Positions 53,714 through 64,000 of a DNA stretch of 64,000 nucleotides are shown one piece after another. Under the pieces are notes generated by a model. That model made no database searches and was not told the origin of the DNA. It was given only the letters and a program-made list of their open reading frames with translations. The position numbers and the translations under genes were made by a program. Each line of letters starts with the position of its first letter. Within the stretch, counting starts at the first letter, position 1. This DNA comes from Schmidtea polychroa (Eukaryota): contig CM097885.1 of NCBI GenBank assembly GCA_044892525.1, forward strand, positions 2,978,001 to 3,042,000, read 5' to 3'.

Positions 53714-54309
53714 TATTGTTTAAAACGTGTTTATATTATTAAATATATATTATAAAAAAGATGTGGAGGCGCCAAGAAAATCTTTTTTTGGGGAGGCGCG
53801 GTAGCATAAGGGTTGGAAACCGCTGTGTTAAACACTTACTCTTGAATGACTTGCTATGCATGCCGATTACTATATGTACTAAATCTCTATATCATGTCTA
53901 TTCATCCACTTTTCTTCATACTTTTCATTTAAAATTCAGGATTTATTATTATTTTATATTTATTATCAAGTTTCCTCAGTGTTAATTTCAATTAGAAATT
54001 AATGTGTTAAATGGTATAACATTTTTGAAAGCTAATTAGTTTTTATGAAAAGGCCCAAAATCAATTTTGACAAGCGCCTTATTAATCAGCGCCAATCTCA
54101 GAAACGGCCTAATACTAGACCAATTGCTGTTCCCATTCATCGGTTACTGGTAGGGCATAGAAAACGATGAAAAAAAGGTTTTGTGACATTTCATCACGCG
54201 ACATTTTATCACGTTGAATAATAATTGTGAGATAAAAATTAAATTAAAAAATTGTATAAAATAAAATAATATAAAATTAAATAAATAGTTAAACATACAT
54301 GGCAATGAT

Positions 54310-55200
54310 TTAATAATCGGTTATTCAAAATCCTTTTTAGTAATTATGATGAAAGAGACTGTTGACAAATTTATTAAAAATTCTAAGGATCCATGTTTGA
54401 GAAAATCTGGGTGTGATTTTGTTGAGGTGTGTGAGTCTGATGAGTTAAATAAATTAAATAGTGTGAGCAAGGATGATGAGCCTAAATTATTGTTAGTATT
54501 GTCGTACTCAAAAGGTTTTAAGGATTATAAAGTGAGGATAAGAAAGCAGTTAGGGAATTTAAACTATAGGATAGTGTCAACTTCAAGGAAAGTACGCAAT
54601 ATGTTTATTAATAAGTCAAAAACTCCGGTTGAATTGTGTTCCGATCTCGTTTATCAGTTTACATGTAATGGGTGTAATGTAACATACATTGGAGAGACTT
54701 CCCGTCATCTCTGTATTCGAGCTCGAGAACATTGTAGACCGAAGGCTTTGACCCATATTGGTGAGCACAATAAGGGCTGTAAGATTAAAATAGGTATGTC
54801 TGATTTTAAAATTTTATTAAAAAATTTCGATAATTTTTGGGAACGTGTGATTTGTGAGGCGTTGTTGATAAAATCATTGAATCCGAAAATTAATGTACAG
54901 AATGCAGTAAATACTTGTGTGTTGAGTGTTTTTAAATAAGCTTTTGTGTATTGTATGTATTGATTGTTGTGTTAAATTAAATAATTAATAAAAATCTTTT
55001 AAATTTATTAAATTAAATTTTAAATGTTGAAATTTTCAAAAAATAATATATTTTTTTATAAAATGAAAAACATTTTTATATATAATTAATAAATTTGTTT
55101 AAAATCCTTAATTTAATGAGTTATTATATCCCACTTGAAGATGACAGAAAAACTGTCGAAATTAATCGTGAAAAGAATGTTTGATTGACGTTATCTTATA
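54310..55200 (+). mobile_element. 5'-truncated Penelope-like element (GIY-YIG endonuclease ORF 54346-54939 plus pLTR)
   Basis: VYQFTCNGCNVTYIGETSRHLCIRAREH...FKIL...EALLIKSLNPKIN. Confidence 0.9.
55132..55170 (+). ncRNA. Minimal type I hammerhead ribozyme motif (Penelope pLTR type)
   Basis: CAC-UUGAAGA-U-GACAG(AAAAA)CUGUC-GAAA-UUAA-UC-GUG: stem I, C3U core variant, stem II, palindromic stem III and a UH site. Confidence 0.7.
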
Positions 55201-56903
55201 ATTAAATTAAATGTTTCATTCTTGTGATAAAAAGCGATAGCTCTCAGAAAATCAACGTTTGACATGTTGTTTCCACTCTTCTGCGAATATCACGATATCT
55301 TTTAGAAGTGACGTGATTCTGACCGGTTTTGAAACTTATATATTCGGTTTGCAATATCTTTTTTGATTCCTTCAAAAAACTTCCAAATATTGTGATGATG
55401 GCATTGAAAAAGAGACTGTAAAGAAAAGTGCCATTCTTCAACCGAATTCGTCGTCCTTGCGATTCCATCAATAGCTGATTGATTTTGATTCCATATAGTA
55501 ATAGAAAAAATTGGCTCATGGTAACTTTCAAAGACTCCCAGTAGTCGTCTTCCCCGAATGTAAGTTAGTTCAAAATTTGACAGCAACTTCTCTGTTTTTC
55601 TGTTACTGGAAAAACGCTTCAATTTCCTTAAATGCGCTAATTATGTTTGCTTCAGGCACCATCGCTAAAGCAGGAAAACAACAAATGAGCATTCTAAGTT
55701 CGTTATCGCGTTCATAATCACTTTGAAAACCGGTATTACGAACTTTTCTTTGAAAACTCTGACAGAGATGAAAATAACAGCCAGTTATTGGTGATTCTTC
55801 ATAGATAACTCGAAAAGCATTTATTGCTGCTTTTTCAAAATCAACCAAAATGTTTGTCGGGTTTGCTTCAGGAACCAAGTTTGAAATCAGATTGACCATT
55901 CGAATGTATGCTCGCATTGAAAGGCAATATATTGCTGCTGGGCAATGTCCGGACGTGAGCTCAAAATGAATAAAATATAATTGAAAAAAAGTTGAGGAAA
56001 CAACATCGAAGGTTCCATCCGCCAACCAAAGATTGGATCTTTCGAATCCAGGAAGTATACCTCGGAACCGAATATAATTATTCTTTCAGCTCCTAATCCA
56101 TCGTAGCCTTATTGTAGCCTTACAAACAAACTTTTGATAAAACTTAGATCTCCACTGAATAGTACCATCTTTGTTGTTTCGATGATTATTATATTCAAAA
56201 TTTTTAAAAATTACTCTGTTTGTTTTCCACTTGAAGAAACTCCAAATTCAAATGAATCCATTTGTAATCGTTTATTTAATAGAATTATATTTATTAATTA
56301 AAAATATATGAAGTGATAAGTTATCGCGTAATAGAATGTCGCGTGATAAAATGTCTGTACATGGAAAAATAAATATCTTTGGCTGATGAAGTGTTTACCC
56401 CGCTTAAATATTTCACTTTCATGTTTCAACAGTCAATCGTCCTTCACCAACATCCATTTCTTATTATGAGCATCAAAGGTCATAACTATTTCTATTTCAT
56501 TCGATGCAAAAGTGATATGCAAATATCGTGGCATATCAATGAAAAAACGAATGTATAATTTCCAAAAACCTTTAATAAAGAACTAACAGACAAATACAAA
56601 GCTTGTATAAGAATTGGAGGGCAATGATAGAAAAGAAAAAAAGAGATGAAATAAAAGAAAATATGTTATGAAAGTGACCATGGCTAGATTGTCAGTGCAA
56701 ACTAAAAGATGTCCACCTCAATTTCAAAGGGCCTTTCCTATTCATGGAAACTAGGAAAATGACCAAATCTGCCACTAGTCAGTACCAATATATATATGAA
56801 ACAAATTGCAATTAGAAAAGAACATTAGAAAGGATTAGAAACCTAATAGGTAAATGTAAAGAAAACAAATAAAATAAACATTTTATTTATTATTTATTTA
56901 GTT

Positions 56904-57879
56904 TTATCGGCAGTTGTAAAAAGTCTTGATCATTTGTAAATCATTGGCTGTTGTCTCGTGATTGTATCCGATCGCCCCTCCATTTTTCTTCACCACAACT
57001 TTCTCCCTAGGATCACAAGCGAATCCTTCACTGTTGTAATGCATGACGCTCTCAGTTTCGTACGGTCCATCGGGTACACATCCACCGCATTTTGTAAACT
57101 GACTGCATTCTTGATGAATAGAAATATAAATGGAAATCAACGATAAATATGAGATGAAAATGACTTACGACTTGTGAGGATTCTGCTCCAGTTGATAGTG
57201 ATGTAGTTGTCTCTGTCATTTCTCATGTGAGTATGCATGAAGCCGAGGGCGTGGATAAATTCGTGTTTGATCGTTCCTTTCGAATACATGCATCCTGGAT
57301 TTTGGAGATTCAACGGCTGGCTAGGACCTCCTGTAACTCCCAACATGGAATAGCAACCTTCAGGTTTTGAGTTCACTTCGATGTAATGTCCATTTCTTCC
57401 TTCTTGAAATTTTACACAGTTTTGTAAATCTCTCTGCAGTTCTCCGAGAGATTGTCGCACTGTTTGTATTTTGTCTTGAGCTGGAATGAGAAATCAACAA
57501 TGAAAATTGTCATTTCAACAATCATCATAAAACGTCTTACGGAAGTTTTGAGCGAATGAATACGTGACGACATTGTTAGGCCACTTCTTGCTGTCTGCGT
57601 AATGATTCTTGAACTAGAAATGAAAGAGTTGAGATAAGTAGATGAAGTATTATGGAAGATGAAGTACCCCGTTGATGAGCTGTATATCTATCGAATCCAA
57701 TAGCATGTCTCCCAACCTGACATTATCAAGAGCTCTCGTTCTCAGCTTCACTGACTGGATAAGACAGAAAGATGGGACATGATAATTATAAATGATCTCA
57801 CTTGTTTTGGACATCCGCATTGGCTGCTGGCATAGTCGATTGCAATGAATCCTAAAAGCAAGAGAATTAATTTTTCCAT
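56904..57879 (-). CDS. Secreted astacin-family (M12A) metalloprotease, 5 exons
   Basis: Signal peptide MEKLILLLLGFIAI, propeptide GDMLL, KWPNNVV, zinc motif HEFIHALGFMH..RNDRD, Met-turn SVMHY; ~47-60-nt introns. Confidence 0.9.
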
Positions 57880-58152
57880 GAATATGTTGATACTGAATCC
57901 TTCCGGATTTTATATGATTTCCCTTGCTGCAACGTAAACAGGAAGTTCGTTCCCAACGAATGCAATCTAATTGAGGTTTGTTTTCATAACGAATTCTCTA
58001 CGTTAAATGGCGAAATATTCCAATTAAAAATTGTTTTTGTTTATGTTATTAAAAAAACATTTATATCGATATTTAGATAAACAAAACTTCATTTGTTTAT
58101 TGGACTCAGTGAGTATAAATGGGAGACTTGGTGGTAAGATTCTCAATTCAAC

Positions 58153-58889
58153 ATGCACAAGTTCCTCATCCTTATTGTATTAGTAATTGCCAAGGAGGTG
58201 GCCAGCCAATGTGGATGTAACAAAAAGGTTTCCAATTCATTCTTTCTTTGGAACTTGGTTAATATTGACTTTTCAGAAATTGATGACACGAGCCATGGAA
58301 AACCTCATTGTAGGAGACATGCTACTAAGTAAGGCGGATATCGCTATAATCAGTGGGGTATGCTAATTTTCATTAACCTCCTTATTTATTTGTCTTTTTT
58401 GTTTTAGTTTAAGCACTATCAAAGAGATGCTCGAGCATGGCCAGGAGGAAAGGTTTCGTTTGCATTTGGAAATGATTTCCGTAAGCTAACTCCGATGAAT
58501 AAATTTAATTGTTCATCACCCTTGTAGCTGCCGATAAAAGAAATTTGAAGGGGACAATCAAACAAGAATTTATTCACGCTCTTGGTTTTATGCATACTTA
58601 CATGAGATTGAACAGGGATAATTTATTAAAATTATTTGGGAAATATTCAATCAAATCGTTAGTTATGAATGATAATTGAACTGTTATATGACTGTCACAG
58701 AATGCTTTAACTTTGAGCAATGTGGAGCTTGCATTATGGAAGGTGATTACGATATTCGCAGTGTGATGTATTACAGCAGTGACGCCTTCGGATGCCGTGA
58801 TCCAAAAGAATGGGCAATTGATAGATTATAACCATACCACTACTCCCAATGATTTGAGAATGATAAGGAGCCTCTATAATTGTCAATAA
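58153..58889 (+). pseudogene. Astacin paralog, divergent orientation, disrupted
   Basis: Same exon pattern (SQCGC, GDMLL, WPGG); QEFIHALGFMH has lost the first zinc His; exon 4 has a large deletion and a frameshift; Met-turn reads SVMYY. Confidence 0.75.
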
Positions 58890-58989
58890 TTTTATGAAAT
58901 ACATTTTGAGTTATCCCATTCTTTTCATGTCTTTTGACTTCTGTGCCTTTATAAAATTATTGTGTTATAAATCCTCTCCTTCATAGTTC

Positions 58990-59610
58990 CTATGGTTTAT
59001 TCATTACGGGGTGTTTTCGTCTTAAACAAGTGAAAAAGATCTTTTTGTAATTGATAGTATCACACGCTCTATTTTTACATAGTTTCTTTTCCAAATAACT
59101 TTCAGCCTCCAATTGCTTTCCACCAACTGCAACAGCTCGATGTCCAGCTACAAAGCCACTGGGATCAGTTTTGAATAATAACGGTTTGTCCATTTCAATA
59201 TCATAAGATAATGCTATCATTGAACAACCTAATGGTCGCATCTCAGCCGATTGAGTGTAAAGCTTATTAATATCCGCAATACAACGACATATTATGTCAC
59301 AAGGCATTTCATATCCATTTTTATATTTAAATCGAGATGCTTCCATTTGCGCACGACATACTTGAGATTGACAATCAGGGATTATACCAGTCATAACACA
59401 TCCAGTACTTTCAGTAATATTAAACAATCTTGTAGCTGAACTCTTCTCAATCATTTTATCTGGAACTTTTCTTTGTGTAGCTACTACACCACAATTATTG
59501 CCTCGAATACCAATGGAAAGCAATCCATCTAATGCAATTGCCTTAAATGCATATTCGACTTGGAATAATCTCCCTTCAGGTGAGAAAATAATCTTCGCTA
59601 TATTGCTCAT
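58990..59610 (-). pseudogene. PSMA6: Proteasome subunit alpha-6-like, intronless, C-terminally truncated
   Basis: IFSPEGRLFQVEYAFKAI, QRKVPDK, GYEMPCD, YTQSAEMRPLG, KTDPSG, YLEKK; similarity ends after YLEKKL. Confidence 0.8.
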
Positions 59611-59780
59611 TGGAATATGACATTTCAGACATTCATTTTCTTCAATATTTCAACTAAAATCAAAAATTAAAAATTTCCACCAAAGACTCTCTTTTTAAAC
59701 AATAATTTCTCTTTCAGCAGAGAACAAATCAATTCTATATCAAATTAAAAACTACCATAAAATATACTACAACTTACTTC

Positions 59781-59907
59781 TCGCGTCTGTGTGCGCACAC
59801 TCACAAACTTCGGTCTAATCATACCGCGCGCACAGACGCGATGCAAAAACCACCAAACAAGCTGCCAGTCAGAGGTAAATGACATTCCCCCTCTGACTGG
59901 TCGAAAC
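59781..59907 (+). other. Conserved double hairpin, copy 2
   Basis: Stems 59781-59796/59826-59841 and 59865-59875/59890-59900, followed by CGAAAC. Confidence 0.6.
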
Positions 59908-60146
59908 AACGGGGTTTAGTCTTAATTCCTTCACCACACAGTTCTGAGATATTGTATGTTCTCAATGGGGCCTAGCAATGAATGCCATAAAATTATGAAA
60001 AAATGGGGAACGTAAAAATATAATTTGCGATTATCATTCGGTTTTATTTGAATAGTGAATGGGAAGTGGCTCTCATGAACTTACCTTTGCGTAAAATACT
60101 TTTCCATATTACAGTAATTCATTGGTGAAATATGTAAAAGTAAAGA

Positions 60147-60403
60147 TGGCTGAAGTAATTAAATATTTGACAATAAATAATTCAAATCGAACATTTGAAG
60201 TAATAGATCCTACAAATACTCCTGAAGTTGACATGTTCATTGAAAGATATTTGAATTTAGTTGCTGTTTGTCCGCATGTTCCATATCAAATTAAGTTTCC
60301 ATATTTTGAACATGATATTAAATTTGGATTAAAATCAATATCTGTTATTAGTGATCATTTTCCAATTAAATTACCTAAATTTACAGAAGATAATAGTAGA
60401 TAG
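60147..60403 (+). CDS. Unknown intronless ORF, possibly truncated by an insertion at 60395
   Basis: MAEVIKYLTINNS...KFPYFEHDIKFGLKSISV; its stop codon lies within the AGTAGATAG terminus-like motif. Confidence 0.35.
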
Positions 60404-60990
60404 TATTGTAGACTCCAGCCCAACTGGAATCATCGACTCTCACAAACTTTTTTTGGGCGTCTGATACCCCCCCCCCTTTTTTTTTAAATTTTGAATTAAT
60501 TATCGATTAAGTAATAATTTAAATTTTTATTTTAATCACTGATTACGTCATCAATTTTCATTTTTATAAGACATTTTCATGACAAAATACTTGAAATTAA
60601 ATTCACTATTAAATGAGGCAAAAGAAATTGTGAAATTTAATTTTTAGTGCACCATTTTTGAATTTACACATCTTTTTAAACAACTTAAGATATTTTAACT
60701 CACACAATATATAGATAGAATTTAAATCTCTACAAAACGACATCATTATTTATTATAAATTCACAATCATAACACCTTAAACAATGCCCTTTCCAGCCAA
60801 CCTTTGCATACACACACATTTTCAAGTTTTAAAAAATTCAAATTATTCATCAATACTTAAGAAAACCCATTATGACATTAAAAAAATATATTAAAAGATA
60901 TATTAAAAACTAAACATTTATTAAAATCCCAGAGAAATTCGAGAACTATCTAATCACCAAATCGGTGATATGACATCTTTCTCATCCATT

Positions 60991-61391
60991 TTATATCCCT
61001 GTATTGAAATATTTACAACCAGCTGTCCCATTTTTATATTCAATTTCTTCAAAGGCATCATGAAAACGGGAATTTCGATTGTTGATGAATATATTTCCAT
61101 TGCAACTTAGATTCTTATTGATTTTCGCCAACACTTTATTAACTGCAACAACATCTTCTTTTGTTATATGAGCTATGAAACTTGAATATTGCGACTTGAT
61201 CAATTTGACTGCATTTGAGAATTTATATGGAATTTCATATACCAAGAAATATATATTATGGTTATGATACATTTGTACTAGTTTCACATCATTCTTGACA
61301 TGATTCGTCTCAGTTATTTTCTTAATTGGGCTTGTTTTTTTCAATAAATTGAAAATGATTTCTCACCAAAAACGTTCTTCTTGGATTGCAT
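60991..61391 (-). CDS. Small unknown gene, family A
   Basis: HNHNIY and NLSCN..FINNR.SRFHDAFEEI motifs shared with 62479-62969; upstream TATA; 5' structure uncertain. Confidence 0.5.
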
Positions 61392-61694
61392 TTTAGAAAA
61401 CTAATGACTATCATGTCATTTCATCTCTCATTTATACTTGTGTATAACCAATCAAATTAATGGATTTGTATTGCAAACAACATGAGTGTGTGAATTATTG
61501 ACCTTTGTGTGTGACATTTGTATGCGAGTCATAGATGGTTTGCAGATGTTTTGCAGATGTGTATTGCAAATTAGTTAATTCTTTAAATAAAACAAGTAAC
61601 ATAAATATACTATAACAACAAAAAAAAGTGTACTATCAAGAGTAACACTAACAAAATAAAAATTAAAAAACACTACATTATAATAACTTAACAT

Positions 61695-62075
61695 TTATTG
61701 ATGATCTACAATTAATGAAAACTGAGTTTTTCTCAAGTCCTTTCTTAATATCCATATATTATACTTCCTCTCTCTATCAACACATCCTTCACATTTGTAT
61801 GGACATACTGATTGCTTGCTACTGTCAACAGGGTCAAGATCGTCTTCTAACGTCCTCAAGTGATCAAACAAGACCACATTCAAATATATACCGGTAGACA
61901 TCCATATTCTGAATGGAATAATCTCTGGTGCCCAATATATTAGATTCTTTAAAATATTCGAATATAACTCCCCCATTTTCCCAATCAAAATCTGTATCAT
62001 TTTTTCTAAAAGGTTTCAAATTGTAAATAGAAAAAACAATAATCAAAATATACCATTTACAGATAAAAATGACAT
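61695..62075 (-). CDS. Small unknown Cys-containing gene, family B (48-nt intron 62053-62006)
   Basis: Splicing gives MSFLSVNEKMIQILIG...VCPYKCEGCVDR..W..RKDLR..FSLIVD; TATA upstream. Confidence 0.55.
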
Positions 62076-62478
62076 TCTCAAATATTACTAAATAAATGAT
62101 TAAAATGTTCTTTTATATATACTTATTTTGATACGCACCGTCAACCAATTAGATTCATACCTGGATGACGTAATCATATTGTAACTTTAGTTTAAGAAAA
62201 CTTTAAAAATTCCATGTCATCAATTACTGATTTAATATCTTAAATAATTTTATAAACTAGTAAATGATAATGCAATGTTTTTATACCGAGTATAACTACT
62301 TTACCACTATTGAATATATTAACACACATTAGGTTGTATTTTATACATCAGTAGGGTAATGTGTGGACCCGGGAACAAAAAACTATTACATAATCGACGA
62401 CGCCACAAATGAAATTACATCATACCCCATACCCCCGAGGAGGGTGTATTTTTTAAATTTTTTTTTTAATTAAAAAAT

Positions 62479-62969
62479 TTATGTAATTTTCCAAATTGGA
62501 GAATACACATCATTATTATCAACTTTATATCGTTGGATTGCAATTGTTATATACCAATTTTCGTTTTCTTTGAAGCTAATTTCATCAAAGGAATCATAAA
62601 ATCTTGCATATCGGTTGTTGAAAAATGCATGTTGATTACATGATATATTCGTATAATAAAAAAAATTGCAATTATCATTCGGTTTTATTTGAATAGTGAA
62701 TGGGAAATGGCTCTCATTTGAATACTGCATTGTGAGGTTCTTCACTTCCCATACGAAATCATTAAACAGATCAATTTATATTTGAAAACCTTGTCAATAG
62801 ATTTAATATTTATCATTGAAAGTGTGCCGGATAAGAATTGAAATTGAGTAAGAATAATATTGATTTCTTCTTTTAAAATATACATTTTGTGGTTGTGAAA
62901 TATTTTAACAGGTTGTACAAGTTCTGGAACAACTTTTGGTTTTTCAGTGCTTGAAAGTTTCTTTGTCAT
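62479..62969 (-). pseudogene. Family A paralog, frameshifted
   Basis: HNHKMY in the first ORF; NISCN..FFNNRYARFYDSFDEI in the second; GGTATAAAA about 30 nt upstream. Confidence 0.5.
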
Positions 62970-63119
62970 CGTGAATTATGATTAAAATGAAATGGTACAG
63001 GGTTTTTATACCTTTGACTATTGTTTATTATCCAATCAGACTGCAGAATGTCTTTTTTTAATTCAAATTGCATTGATATTGCACTGATATTGCATTGTCA
63101 CATGTTTTATATTATTAAA

Positions 63120-63194
<75 letters not shown>

Positions 63195-63301
63195 GATATT
63201 ATTATTATTAAAATTATTATTATTGTTAAAATAATTATTAATGTTATTTTTGTGTCATCTATGTATAAAAAAGAACGCTGAATATATAAAGATTTATTAA
63301 A

Positions 63302-63683
63302 TCAACCAAGGTCAACAATTCTACTAAAGAAATAGGTTCTAAGAGCCTTCAATACAGCCCATTTCACACACCGATGATATCTATCGATGCAGTACGGACA
63401 TATTTTGTTGCAGAGTGCTTCGGTGTCTATTTCATACTGCATTGTGTTTTTCTTCACGTCCCATACAAACTCATTTAACAGATCGAAAATCCTGATCCTG
63501 ATTGCATTATATACTAGGTCAGGAATCTTCTCGACAGATTGATCTTTTAAAATCACTTGCAGCTGTGGATAATAGAATGTTAACCTTTTAATCATTACTA
63601 CAGACTACTTATCTGAAAATAAATAGTTGTAAAAATGTGTTTAATAAATTAACATATTTACCATGATGATCAATCTCAGTCAT
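63302..63683 (-). CDS. Family B paralog (49-nt intron 63661-63613; in-frame TAG just after it)
   Basis: ICPYCIDR..W..LKALR..FSRIVD; intron at the same position and phase as in 61695-62075. Confidence 0.5.
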
Positions 63684-64000
63684 TGACTTTGCAGCGCTTG
63701 GAATATTGTACATTTTTAAAAAACTGATAATAAATGAAGAAACATCATGTTTTAAACAATCAACAGCCAATTAGATATCGACCAATTAGAATGATGCATT
63801 TCAATTGCACTGAATTTTCAATGATAAATAATTAATTAAGTGATAATAAAAAAATCTAAAAATTCCATTCCTTTAATTATTGATTTAATTTCAGATATGA
63901 ATTTATCAACTATATATTTGTAATCAATACTTTTTACTCCAAGAATTACTATCTTACCACTACCGAATATATTAACACACATAGGGTTATATTTTATATA

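Larger units (their letters stand above)
40550..53825. mobile_element. Probable outer hAT-like non-autonomous element hosting nested insertions
   Basis: TIR-like CGGTGGTTTCCAACC (40550) and GGTTGGAAACCGCTG (53811-53825); GGAGGCGC subterminal motifs at both ends; no clean TSD. Confidence 0.55.
54177..56363 (-). mobile_element. MULE/Mutator transposon with frameshifted transposase (~55244-56260), interrupted by Penelope
   Basis: ADGTF, DFEKAAINA, GCYFHLCQS and RTTNSVEEWH motifs; inverted GACATTYTATCACGCG repeats at both ends; A-rich imperfect TSD. Confidence 0.85.

Overview
AT-rich animal genomic DNA with very short (~45-50 nt) introns and a heavy load of transposon debris; the host species cannot be determined from this window. 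Intact host genes: a TRAF-like RING/zinc-finger/MATH gene, a PPM1A/B-like PP2C phosphatase (minus strand, 7 exons), a PP2A scaffold subunit A (4 exons, 589 aa) and an astacin metalloprotease, which has a divergent pseudogene partner. There are also two intronless proteasome alpha-6 copies, each next to a conserved double hairpin. The most striking structure is a 10.9-kb non-coding palindromic element (41784-52717) with 4.2-4.4-kb inverted arms built from minisatellite modules, AGTAG termini and a perfect 6-bp TSD (AAGATT), which is the Maverick/Polinton signature. It sits inside a pogo element, itself inside a probable hAT element. A second Maverick-like terminus at 60395 precedes a cluster of small unknown paralogous genes. 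Other notable items are a decayed chuvirus-like glycoprotein beside Gypsy pol and a Penelope GIY-YIG fragment with a minimal hammerhead ribozyme inserted in a MULE. All family calls come from motif recognition by eye; no database search was run.
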